DNA of 37,742 bases from Nitrospira sp. (GTDB taxonomy: Bacteria; UBA9089; CG2-30-40-21; SBAY01), in assembly GCA_005239945.1 (NCBI GenBank), contig SBAY01000102.1:1-37742 (forward strand). Reading direction: 5' to 3'. The notes under the pieces are model-generated. The model ran no database searches, had not been told where the DNA came from, and saw only the letters and a list, made by a program, of their open reading frames with translations. A program made the position numbers and the translations under genes. The first letter of the stretch is position 1. The number at the start of each line of letters is the position of its first letter. Shown piece after piece: positions 9,820 through 19,108 of the stretch.

Positions 9820-12282
9820 ATGTTTGAACGATTTACCGAAAGGGCAAGAAGGGTCTTACAATTAGCCCAGGAAGAGGCAAAACGGTTGGGCCACGACTAC
9901 CTGGGGACAGAACACATTCTTTTGGCATTAGTCAGGGAGGGGGAAGGGGTAGCCGCCGAGGTATTAAATAGTTTAGGTGTCAGCCTGGAGGCTATCCGAA
10001 TAGAAATAGAAAAGCAAGTTCCGCCGGGAGGAAATTTGCTCACTATCGGGGATGTCCCCTTTACCCCTCATTCTAAAAAGGTATTGGAATTAGCTGTCGA
10101 GGAGGCAAAGGCGTTACATCATAATTACATCGGTACCGAGCACCTGTTATTAGGTTTAATTCGGGAAGGAGAAAGTGTAGGGGCAAGGGTATTGACCGCC
10201 TTAGGTACAAATTTAAACCAGGTTAGGGATGGGGTTATCAAACTATTAAGTGGGGCTATACCTTCAGGTGCCGTTGGCGGGGCAACCGCGGGTCAAAAAA
10301 AGACGACTACGCCTGTCCTGGATGCCTTTTCCCGTGATTTAACGGCATTGGCCAGGGATAACAAATTAGACCCGGTGGTTGGTCGCCAGGACGAGATAGA
10401 ACGGGTAATTCAAATATTATCTCGCCGCAAAAAGAATAATCCTGTTTTGATAGGTGACCCGGGTGTAGGTAAAACAGCCATTGTCGAAGGGCTGGCACAA
10501 ATGGTCATCAGCGGAAAAATCCCTGAGGTATTGGCTAATAAACGGGTCTTATGTTTAGACTTAGCCGGTATTGTCGCCGGAACTAAATACCGGGGTGAAT
10601 TCGAAGAGCGTCTCAAGCGAATAATGAACGAAATCAAACAATCACCAGAGGTGATTATATTTATAGATGAGGTGCATACCTTAGTTGGTGCCGGTGGGGC
10701 AGAAGGGGCAATAGATGCCTCGGCTATTTTAAAACCTGCCCTGGCCCGGGGTGAATTACAGTGTATTGGCGCCACAACCCTGGATGAATATCGAAAATAT
10801 ATCGAGCGGGATGCCGCCCTGGAACGCAGATTCCAGACAATTATGGTTGATGAACCCTCAGTCGAGGATACTATCAAGATTTTAAAGGGATTGAGGGATA
10901 AATATGAGGCACATCATCGGGTAAAATATGAGGATACGGCCTTAGAGGCCGCGGCTAAACTCGCCAATCGATACATAGCCGATAGATTCTTGCCGGATAA
11001 AGCCATAGATTTGATGGATGAGGCCGGGGCAAAGGCACGAATCAAGGTGATGACTAAACCACCAGACCTGAAAGGATTAGAAAAGGAATTAGAGCAAATC
11101 ATCAAGGAAAAAAACGCTACTATTGCCGCACAAGAATATGAGAAGGCGGCTGATTTACGCGACAAGGAAAAAGATGTTCGCAAAAGGATAGAAGAAACCA
11201 ATAAGAAATGGGAAAGTGAACATCAGGAAGAAACGATCAATGTTATCAACAAGGAAGATATTGCCGATATTGTCTCCAAATGGACAGGTGTGCCGGTTTT
11301 CAAATTGATCGAAAAGGAATCCGAGAAATTATTACGCATGGAAGAGAATATTCATAAGCGGGTTATTGCCCAGGATGAGGCAATTTCAGCCCTGTCGCGG
11401 GCAATGCGTCGGGCAAGAACCGGGCTTAAAGACCCAAAAAGACCGATGGGTTCATTCATCTTCCTTGGTCCCACCGGTGTAGGCAAAACAGAACTGGCCA
11501 AGGCATTGGCTGAATTCCTGTTCGATGATGAGGAGGCGCTTATTCAGATTGATATGTCGGAGTTTATGGAGAAATTTGCTGTCTCCAGATTAGTTGGTGC
11601 CCCCCCAGGATATGTGGGTTATGAAGAAGGAGGCGAACTAACCGAAAAGGTAAGAAGAAAACCTTATTCAGTTATTCTCTTAGATGAGATTGAGAAGGCT
11701 CACCCTGATGTATTCAATATCCTTTTACAGGTATTCGAAGACGGTCATCTGACGGATAACCTCGGACATACGGTGGATTTCAGAAATACAGTCATAATTA
11801 TGACCTCTAATGTCGGGGCAAAGGATATTTTTGAGGCAAAAGATATAGGCTTCCGCAAGGCTACGGCTGAGAAAACCTATGGCGATATTAAGGATAAGGT
11901 TCTTTCAGAGATGAAGAAGCTGTTTAATCCTGAGTTCTTAAACCGAATCGATGACACCATTGTCTTCCACCCATTAAGTACGGAAGATGTCAAACAGATT
12001 GTCACCTTAATGATTGACAAACTGAATGAGCGATTAGAGGAGCAAAATATAGAGCTGGAATTAAGTGAGGATGGGGTAGCCTTTTTATCGGAAAAAGGCT
12101 ATGACCCGGCCTATGGTGCCAGACCGCTGAGAAGGACTATTCAAAAATATATCGAAGACCCATTAGCAGAAGAACTCCTTAAAGCCAAATTCCCTAACGG
12201 CGGAAAGATATTGGTTAAAAGGGAGGAGGATAAACTAATATTTGAAGAAAAGGGAAGGAAGAAGAAGGCTGAAGGTAAATAA
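9820..12282 (+). CDS. clpC: ATP-dependent Clp protease ATP-binding subunit ClpC
   Basis: MFERFTERA Clp-N repeats, Walker A GDPGVGKT and [11 protein letters not shown] middle domain, IGF loop; RBS GAGGTG favours ATG 9820. Confidence 0.97.
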   Translation: MFERFTERARRVLQLAQEEAKRLGHDYLGTEHILLALVREGEGVAAEVLNSLGVSLEAIRIEIEKQVPPGGNLLTIGDVPFTPHSKKVLELAVEEAKALHHNYIGTEHLLLGLIREGESVGARVLTALGTNLNQVRDGVIKLLSGAIPSGAVGGATAGQKKTTTPVLDAFSRDLTALARDNKLDPVVGRQDEIERVIQILSRRKKNNPVLIGDPGVGKTAIVEGLAQMVISGKIPEVLANKRVLCLDLAGIVAGTKYRGEFEERLKRIMNEIKQSPEVIIFIDEVHTLVGAGGAEGAIDASAILKPALARGELQCIGATTLDEYRKYIERDAALERRFQTIMVDEPSVEDTIKILKGLRDKYEAHHRVKYEDTALEAAAKLANRYIADRFLPDKAIDLMDEAGAKARIKVMTKPPDLKGLEKELEQIIKEKNATIAAQEYEKAADLRDKEKDVRKRIEETNKKWESEHQEETINVINKEDIADIVSKWTGVPVFKLIEKESEKLLRMEENIHKRVIAQDEAISALSRAMRRARTGLKDPKRPMGSFIFLGPTGVGKTELAKALAEFLFDDEEALIQIDMSEFMEKFAVSRLVGAPPGYVGYEEGGELTEKVRRKPYSVILLDEIEKAHPDVFNILLQVFEDGHLTDNLGHTVDFRNTVIIMTSNVGAKDIFEAKDIGFRKATAEKTYGDIKDKVLSEMKKLFNPEFLNRIDDTIVFHPLSTEDVKQIVTLMIDKLNERLEEQNIELELSEDGVAFLSEKGYDPAYGARPLRRTIQKYIEDPLAEELLKAKFPNGGKILVKREEDKLIFEEKGRKKKAEGK

Positions 12283-12285
12283 GGT

Positions 12286-12849
12286 ATTTACATCCCCCGT
12301 AATATTGAGAAAACCCTAAAAGGGTTTGTTGAACAATTCCCTGTGGTTATTCTGACTGGCCCCAGACAAGCAGGCAAATCTACATTACTTTCCAATCTCT
12401 TCGGGAATACATATAATGATTAATGTTGAGTTGCTAGGGGCCGGGATGTGCTCCCAATATTGGATACATTATTAATGCTTGAAATACCACAAACTGTGGG
12501 TTTCAGTAACCCGCAGTTAGCTCCAACGACTTGTTATTGCATAAGGTCTCGAGAGTTTTATCATTACTCCCTGCTTTTACCCTATATACTTAATTATGGT
12601 CATGAGATCCAGCTGGGTTAAAGTATCTACCCCATAATGTCTCATTCGGATATTTCTTCGGAATATGTATAATTTTGCTGCCTGTTATTATTTATTTGCG
12701 ATAACATTATCTCCTTCGATGACCCTCTCATCAGTGAAAGGGCTTTATCTGACCCCTATCTTTTCTTAGATACTGCTGGGGATAAGGTGATATTTGATGA
12801 AATCCACTATGTCCCAGAACTTTTACCTTATATAAAAATACTTATTTTT
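12286..12849 (+). pseudogene. AAA_14/DUF4143-type ATPase pseudogene, interrupted and truncated
   Basis: YIPRNIE...VVILTGPRQAGKSTLL (Walker A) up to 12416, resumes at 12705 with IISFDDP...VIFDEIHYVPELL (Walker B); similarity ends at the hairpin at 12846; no canonical start codon. Confidence 0.85.
12417..12704 (-). mobile_element. Gene-less integron-cassette-like insertion (288 bp) with attC-like site at about 12411-12540
   Basis: Minus strand begins G|TTATCGC, contains GCAATAAC-AAGTCGTTGGAGCTAACTGCGGG...GCAACTCAACATTAATC-ATTATAT; removal restores the ATPase frame. Confidence 0.72.
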
Positions 12850-12946
12850 AACCACAAAGTTCACAAAGATAAACAATATAACCCTTTTTCATCTTTTATT
12901 CTTTGTGTAATTTGTGCCTCCTTTTGTGAACTTTGTGGTTAAAATA
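12846..12946. repeat. Intergenic hairpin, CACAAAGTT family
   Basis: TTTTAACCACAAAGTTCACAAA ... TTTGTGAACTTTGTGGTTAAAA perfect outer stem. Confidence 0.9.
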
Positions 12947-12997
12947 GTATCGCACCAAAATTCACGAAACTCCAGATAATACCAATGAGAAAAAATT

Positions 12998-13606
12998 ATG
13001 ACGGGAATTATTTTGGCCGGTGGTAAAGGCAGTCGACTGAAGAATATCAATAAACCCCTTATTAAATTAGGCAGGTTGACTATTATTGAGCAGATTATTG
13101 TTAGGTTAAAAGAATCTTCATGTGAAGAGATTGTCATCTGTAGTGGTCAAAACCCAATCAAGGATACAATCCTTGATGGTCTAACCCAAATTGAGGACAT
13201 CATTCCTCACCAGGGACCATTAGCTGGGCTTTATAGTGGACTTATGGCTTCCAGGAGTTTTTATAATTTTGTTGTTGCCGGTGATATGCCTTTTTTGAGT
13301 ACCAACCTGATTAAGTATATGAAGGATAAAGCAGGTAACGCGGATATTCTCGTCCCTAAAACCCAAAGAGGGATAGAACCCCTTCATGCCATCTATTCTA
13401 AAAATTGTCTGGATGTAATCAAGCAAAAAATATTTAGTGAAAAGGAGAAACTTTCACTTGAATCTATTTTTACTGAGTTAAAGGTAGAATATATCTTAGA
13501 GGATGAGATACGGCAATTTTCCTTACCCGAGATGGTATTTTTTAATATTAATACACCCGAGGATATAAAAGAAGCAAAACGATTAATGAGAAGGTTGGAA
13601 AGGTAA
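12998..13606 (+). CDS. mobA: Molybdenum cofactor guanylyltransferase
   Basis: ILAGGKGSR..NK, GPLAG, DMPF, EPLHAIY, FFNINTPED. Confidence 0.9.
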   Translation: MTGIILAGGKGSRLKNINKPLIKLGRLTIIEQIIVRLKESSCEEIVICSGQNPIKDTILDGLTQIEDIIPHQGPLAGLYSGLMASRSFYNFVVAGDMPFLSTNLIKYMKDKAGNADILVPKTQRGIEPLHAIYSKNCLDVIKQKIFSEKEKLSLESIFTELKVEYILEDEIRQFSLPEMVFFNINTPEDIKEAKRLMRRLER

Positions 13607-13691
13607 TTGGTAATCAGGTAATCGGGTAATTGGTAACAACCAATTGAGACTTTTTCTTTACCGATAACCTGATTACCTGATTACCGGTTAC
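13602..13691. repeat. Intergenic hairpin, GGTAATC(A/G) family
   Basis: GGTAATTGGTAATCAGGTAATCGGGTAATTGGTAA ... TTACCGATAACCTGATTACCTGATTACC; supplies mobA TAA. Confidence 0.9.
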
Positions 13692-13699
13692 TGGCATTA

Positions 13700-14917
13700 C
13701 TATTTCTCCTCCTCTTTAATCACTATCCTTGCCTTGTCCTTTAGCTCTAAGGGAGGGTTCAGGACAACCTCCTCACCCTCATTTACACCGGATAAAACCT
13801 CAACCTCATTGGGATTTCTAAATCCTGAGGTAATCTCTCTTTTACTGACAATATTATCCTTGATGACAAAGACATAGTCCTTCCCTTCGATATTGACTAA
13901 TGCCTCCTGGGAAATCTTGGTAACATCCTTCTTTAAGCCTGAAACAATAACCACATCGCAAAGCATCTCACTCCTGATGTCAATATTTGTTGGCTCAAGC
14001 TGCATGGTCACCTCAAAGGTATTTATCTTTTCTATCAGCCTTGGAGATGGAGCTATCTTTTCTACCTTTGCGGAAATCACCCTACCTGAAAAGGCATCAG
14101 GAATCACAGAAACAGACATACCTAAGGATATTTTGCTAATATCCACCTCATCTAAGTTCACCCTGGCCACAAATTCTTTACCTGAGACAACTACTGAAAG
14201 TAATTGTCCCTGGTTGACCCAACTGCCCTCTTTTATCTCTTTTTGGGTAACAATGCCACAGATGGGTGAGGTGATTTTAGACCAGCAAATCTGCTGTTCT
14301 ATTGATATTAGATTTTTGTCTATGGCTTTAATAGAGGAGACGACGGATTCTGTCTCCTCACGGTGAGCATTAAGTCTTTCTTTGAGTTGTGTCCTGATAA
14401 TCTCAAGTTGTAACCTTGTTTTATCGTAATCTGCGGTTATTCTTTTTAGTTCGTCCAGGGAGATAACCTTGCCCTCAAACAAATTCTTCTTTGCCTCAAA
14501 TTGTCTTTCTGCCTCTCTAAAAAGGACTTCTGCCTCCTGCACCCGGTCTTCTAACTCCTTAATATCAAGCCCTCGCTCAAGCTTGATAAGATTATTTTTA
14601 TAATTGACTAATTTTGCCTCTTCCTGGTGTTTTCTTGCCAAAAGTTCTTTGTCGTCCAGACAAGCAACAATCTCACCCTTTTTCACAGGGGTTCCCTCTT
14701 CGAGGATAAACATTATTACCCCGGGAATCTTTGCCTTAAGTTCGAATCTATCCCTTGCCTCAATTTTCCCCCTGGCAGAGACCTTAAGACTAAGCTCTCC
14801 TCTGGTTACCTCACCCTTTACTACAGCAATCTTCTTTCCATCTTTTCCCCTGACCAGAAAGAAGACCACGCCTCCGATAACAGTCAAAATCACCAGGAGT
14901 ATTATCCATTTCTTTAT
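13700..14917 (-). CDS. Efflux periplasmic adaptor (MacA/HlyD-type membrane fusion protein)
   Basis: N-terminal TM, lipoyl half motifs (EEG.PVKKG.IV, I.SPI.G.V), coiled coil, DEVDI.KI..G; best-placed start behind AGGAG is ATA at 14917. Confidence 0.85.
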   Translation of the reverse strand: MKKWIILLVILTVIGGVVFFLVRGKDGKKIAVVKGEVTRGELSLKVSARGKIEARDRFELKAKIPGVIMFILEEGTPVKKGEIVACLDDKELLARKHQEEAKLVNYKNNLIKLERGLDIKELEDRVQEAEVLFREAERQFEAKKNLFEGKVISLDELKRITADYDKTRLQLEIIRTQLKERLNAHREETESVVSSIKAIDKNLISIEQQICWSKITSPICGIVTQKEIKEGSWVNQGQLLSVVVSGKEFVARVNLDEVDISKISLGMSVSVIPDAFSGRVISAKVEKIAPSPRLIEKINTFEVTMQLEPTNIDIRSEMLCDVVIVSGLKKDVTKISQEALVNIEGKDYVFVIKDNIVSKREITSGFRNPNEVEVLSGVNEGEEVVLNPPLELKDKARIVIKEEEK

Positions 14918-14934
14918 TTTAGTCTCCTTTTTTT

Positions 14935-15589
14935 AAAGAATAGGTCATATAGGACTTATAGGACTTATTCTTTCTCTTCCCTTTCTTCGCGATTGATAAA
15001 GCCTTTCCGTGAATCCACCTTCTTCTAAAAATTGTTTTTCTAATTGCCGCAATAACTGGTCAAGCAAATAATTTGCCTGATGAATCAGGCAGATAAGAAC
15101 ATTTGCAGCTACTTCAAGCGAGCTTTGTTCGATATAGGTCTTATAAGTCTTATATGACCTATTCTTCTCCCATGCAAGATTTCTGATTGCTTGAGCCTGT
15201 GGGTGAGATTTATCCCAGAGTATCAATCCTTGCTGTCGCAGAATGTCTTCGTAATCCGCCAGTAGTTCCTCAAGACTTGCACGAGCCACACCCATCAGTT
15301 TTAGCTCGGTTTTCTTTGATGTACCTGATGCCATGCTGCCTTCAGCAATATTTTGTTTGCCACTACGCGATGCCTGTACCATTTGATCATGAGTGCGAGA
15401 ACGCTTGTCAATAAAACGATTACAGAATACCACCGTAGCATCATAAATAATTTCTGTAGTCTGATAAGATTTCAGGTTGCGGTATCCACCATGTGGGGTA
15501 ATCAAGTTTGGTTTTTCATTCATTGTTTTTTTCCTTTATATGTCCTATGGGTCTTATATGACCTATAGGACATATATGACCTATTCTTT
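14935..15589. mobile_element. Four-helix-bundle gene cassette bounded by 17-bp inverted repeats built from 9-mer TATAGGAC(T/A)/TATAGGTCA units
   Basis: AAAGAATAGGTCATATA (14935-14951) and TATATGACCTATTCTTT (15573-15589) are exact reverse complements; mobility is inferred. Confidence 0.65.
14945..15523 (-). CDS. Four helix bundle protein with suffix domain (23S rRNA IVP-like family)
   Basis: HGGYRNL.SY, RTHDQMVQASRSGKQNIAEGS, ARASLEELL.DYED, C-terminal FLEEGGFTERLY. Confidence 0.88.
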   Translation of the reverse strand: MNEKPNLITPHGGYRNLKSYQTTEIIYDATVVFCNRFIDKRSRTHDQMVQASRSGKQNIAEGSMASGTSKKTELKLMGVARASLEELLADYEDILRQQGLILWDKSHPQAQAIRNLAWEKNRSYKTYKTYIEQSSLEVAANVLICLIHQANYLLDQLLRQLEKQFLEEGGFTERLYQSRRKGRERISPISPI

Positions 15590-16860
15590 TCCCCAAATTC
15601 ATTCTGCATAGTTCATAGTCAATCATAGCCTCAATCTGCATGGTAGAAGAACGAATAAATGTCTCCTCTGCCTCTTTTACCTCTGAGATGGTGGCTAACC
15701 CAAGTTCATATCTTTTCTTTGTTATCCGCAATATCTCATTTCCTAATCCCTTGTTTTTTTCAGAAACCTTTACCCGCTCTTCTGCCTCCCGTAATCCGGC
15801 AATAATCTCCTTTGTCTCCAATATAATTTTATCCTTAAGACTATGGCAATTTTCTTCTGCCGTTTTATAATTCAACTCTGTCTGTTTCACCTTAGATGCT
15901 GTGTAAAAGCCGTTGAAGAATGGAATCTCGATACCTAATCCCTATTCTCCACGACTCTTCCGACACATCATCAAGGCTCTTTTTGAATCCATCCTTATTC
16001 TCACCACTCCAGTTGTAACCTCCAATCAAATTAACCTTTGGAAAGTAATCTGCCCTGATTATCCTAATCTGCAATTCCTTACTCGTTGTCTCTGCCTCCC
16101 TGGCGGCAACCTCTGGATTATTTGTTATTGCCTCGCTGACTATTTTTTCTTCATCCACATCTATCGGCATAAAGGTCGGCTCATCCTTGATAGCTATTTC
16201 CCCCTCTATTTTCAACAGGCTTCCAAGATTATCCCTTGCCACCTTTTCCCGGCAGGATGCCCTGATTAACTCCTCTTTGGCACAAGCCAGATTTACCTCC
16301 TGCTTCATCATCTCTACCTCTGGAATAAAACCCTCTTTGTATTTAGCCAGGGTAATCTCCATAATCGAGTCGGCATACTCTACCCTTTTCTGGCAAGCCT
16401 TTTTTAATTCGATAGCTTTTTTAAGATTCCAGTAAGAGGCTATGATTTTGTAGGTAACCTCATTCTTTACCTGCTCTATTTTCAATAAAGCAATCTTTAT
16501 TTCCTCCCTGGCATACTTAATGGCATTGCTTACCTTCCCACCTGTCCATAGAATCTGATTCAGGGAAAGGGATAGATTATTATGGTATCCTTCAATAGAT
16601 TCAGGCGATTTTATCTCTTCCCAATTATTGTAAGAAGAACTGATATTACCGGTTATCTGCGGATATACCTGAGACAATGTTTCCTTTAAAGATGCCTTTG
16701 TAATCTCAAACTGCAGATTAGCTACCTTCAATTCCCGGCTATTAGCTAACCCTATCCTGATTGCTTCTTGCAGGGTAAGATTATGAACAGACTCAGCATA
16801 AGAGGCTTCATGGATAATAAGGAAAGAGATCAGGCATAAACTTAAAATTTTACTACTCAT
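15516..16860 (-). pseudogene. TolC-family outer-membrane efflux protein split by a +1 frameshift at about 15940-15942
   Basis: Signal peptide, LTLQEAI..L.N, YP.I, L.Q.LW.GG, FPKVNL; removing one G joins WRIG to LGIEIPFFNGFYTASKVKQ and ORF 15516-15890 (RYELGLAT..EV..AE). Confidence 0.85.
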
Positions 16861-18037
16861 ACCTCAGTGCCTCCACTGGATTAAGTTTGGCGGCTATGTA
16901 GGCTGGATAAACCCCAAAGAAGATGCCAACAAGACAGGAGAACCCAAATCCAAGAATAATGGCCAGACTTGAAATAAAAAAGGCAGTTTTAAACATAATA
17001 GAGATTATCAATACCAGACCAACGCTGGCCAATATCCCCATTCCACCACCGATTGAGCATAGGATTAAAGATTCTATCAAAAATTGCAAAAGGATATTGC
17101 CCTTCGTGGCACCACAGGCCTTTCTTATCCCAATCTCGCGCGTCCTCTCACGAACCGAGACAAGCATAATATTCATTATACCAATTCCTCCTACTAAAAT
17201 GGAAATTCCAGCAATACTACCTAAAACCATAGAAATAATACCCATGACCTTATCCAGCATCGAAAGGAGCTCATCCACTGAATGGACATCAAAATCATCC
17301 CTGCCACCAAATATTTGTCTGAGATGTTCTTTTATTCTCTTTTTGAGCAAAGGGATAGAAACCCCTTCCTTTGCCAGAAATTGCACGGCATATATATCCC
17401 GGCTGCCAAGCAGCCTCATAGCACAGGATGAAGGAATCCCTATGGCGGTATTGACATTTATGGGGCCAAATTCCATCTTATGCCCCATTACCCCAATTAC
17501 CCTGAAATATGTCCCCTCTACCTTAATCTCCTGACCCAGTTTCTTTGTCTTACCAAACAAGTCATAAAAAAGCTCCTTGCCAACTACACAAACCTTCTCG
17601 TAACGGTTGACCTCTTCCTTTGTGAACATTCTGCCGGAAGACGCCTTTATTCCCCTGACACGGAAAAAATTTTCCGGCACCCCAAAAACCGTTATTTGTT
17701 TCATCTTGCCTTTTACCTTTAAAGGTATTTGCATGAAGTGTACTGGGGAAAGGTCATCTACCTGTGGGATTATTTCCTTCATGGTCATAACCTGGTCCTC
17801 AGTCAAATAGGCAAACTTATCCGTCCTCGTCTCCATCTGAGCATTAAAAGCCATGACTATATTTGTCCCTGCCGTCAAAAACTCACTCAGGATAAGCTCT
17901 TTACCACCCTTTGAGATGGACAGGACAGTGGTGATGGCAAATACACCAATGACCATGCCCAGCATAGTCAGGCATGACCTCAGCTTATGCTGAATCAAAC
18001 TACTAAATGAAGAAGTGATACAATCCAAAAGGTTCAT
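16853..18037 (-). CDS. MacB/FtsX-type ABC transporter permease
   Basis: RS.LTMLG.VIG, LVGGIGIMNIMLVSVRERTREIGIRKA.GA, FFGVYPA..AAKLNPVEALRYE. Confidence 0.93.
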   Translation of the reverse strand: MNLLDCITSSFSSLIQHKLRSCLTMLGMVIGVFAITTVLSISKGGKELILSEFLTAGTNIVMAFNAQMETRTDKFAYLTEDQVMTMKEIIPQVDDLSPVHFMQIPLKVKGKMKQITVFGVPENFFRVRGIKASSGRMFTKEEVNRYEKVCVVGKELFYDLFGKTKKLGQEIKVEGTYFRVIGVMGHKMEFGPINVNTAIGIPSSCAMRLLGSRDIYAVQFLAKEGVSIPLLKKRIKEHLRQIFGGRDDFDVHSVDELLSMLDKVMGIISMVLGSIAGISILVGGIGIMNIMLVSVRERTREIGIRKACGATKGNILLQFLIESLILCSIGGGMGILASVGLVLIISIMFKTAFFISSLAIILGFGFSCLVGIFFGVYPAYIAAKLNPVEALRYE

Positions 18038-18050
18038 CTAATTCTCTTAA

Positions 18051-18089
18051 AAAGAATAAGTCTTATCTGACCTATAAGACCTATTCTTT
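18051..18089. repeat. Empty copy of the 9-mer TATAGGAC hairpin family
   Basis: AAAGAATAAGTCTTAT...ATAAGACCTATTCTTT; near-identical termini to 14935-15589; supplies TAG of the ABC ATPase. Confidence 0.85.
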
Positions 18090-18761
18090 AATAATTCCCC
18101 CATCCTTCATCCTGATAATCCGTTGGGTATAGCCAGCAATATCTGCTTCATAGGTAACCAGAATTATGGTTCTACCCTTCTTGTTCAAACCACGCAATAT
18201 CTCCATTATCTCATGACTTGTCTGGCTGTCAAGGTTTCCTGTGGGCTCATCGGCACAGATAATCTCAGGGTTATTAACTAATGCCCTGGCAATAGCCACC
18301 CTCTGCTGTTCTCCGCCAGACATCTCCGATGGTTTATTCCGTAGTTTAGTGGAAAGACCTACCCTCTCAAGTGCCTCAGTAGTTATTCTCTTCCTGTTTT
18401 TCCTTAAAGTAGTGCAGGAGTATAATAAGGGTAACAGCACATTATCCATGGCACTCTGTCTTCCCAAAAGATTAAATGACTGAAAGATGAAACCAATCCT
18501 TTTATTTCTTATTCTGGTTAACTCTTTATCGCTATTTTTACCTATATCCTCTCCATCCAATAGATAGGTGCCGGATGTAGGACTATCAAGACAGCCGATG
18601 ATATTCATCAAGGTAGATTTTCCACTGCCAGAGGGCCCCATGATGGCTATGAACTCACCCCTATCAATGGATAGAGAGATTCCCTTCAAGGCAGGAAAGC
18701 CTGTCTTGCCCATAGGATAAACCTTTGTTATCTCCGTAAGCTTAATAAAATCAGGATTCAT
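18081..18761 (-). CDS. MacB/LolD-type ABC transporter ATP-binding protein (H-loop His replaced by Tyr)
   Basis: GPSGSGKST, MSGGEQQRVAIARAL, ADEPTGNLD, VTYE; RBS GAGGA favours ATG 18761. Confidence 0.92.
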   Translation of the reverse strand: MNPDFIKLTEITKVYPMGKTGFPALKGISLSIDRGEFIAIMGPSGSGKSTLMNIIGCLDSPTSGTYLLDGEDIGKNSDKELTRIRNKRIGFIFQSFNLLGRQSAMDNVLLPLLYSCTTLRKNRKRITTEALERVGLSTKLRNKPSEMSGGEQQRVAIARALVNNPEIICADEPTGNLDSQTSHEIMEILRGLNKKGRTIILVTYEADIAGYTQRIIRMKDGGIIKE

Positions 18762-18801
18762 TATTTCCTCGTCCAATAAAAGCAAGTAGAGTTCAAATGA
18801 T

Positions 18802-19095
18802 CTTCAATTCAGACATTAGACAATAGACATCCGATATTAGACTTAAGAGAGAAAAATGTTTGATGTCGTAACCGTTCAGGTTGTTTAGGCTATAGGTTGT
18901 AGACTGTTAGCTGTTGAGTATTGATGACCCAAAATCTTCTCGTTTTCCATGTTTTTGAGTTGCAATCAAAACCGTGGTTATCAAATTCCCTGAGTTTCAT
19001 ATCATCTCACATACCTCCGCCCTACAGCCTAAATGCCTACAGTCTATCTACCTGAACGGTTACCTGATGTCTATGGTCTAATGTCTGAATTGAAG
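18802..19095. repeat. Intergenic hairpin, TAGACAT 7-mer family, interrupted by MITE
   Basis: CTTCAATTCAGACATTAGACAATAGACATC ... GATGTCTATGGTCTAATGTCTGAATTGAAG. Confidence 0.88.
18868..19063. mobile_element. MITE copy 1 (196 bp)
   Basis: TIR GTAACCGTTCAGGT/ACCTGAACGGTTAC; 8-bp flanks TTGATGTC/CTGATGTC; highly similar to 26142-26336. Confidence 0.9.
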
Positions 19096-19108
19096 TTACT
19101 GGATACTA

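Noticed and set aside
14945-15523. Diversity-generating retroelement (Avd-like gene)
   Set aside because: No reverse transcriptase and no TR/VR pair with adenine-specific mismatches seen in the window
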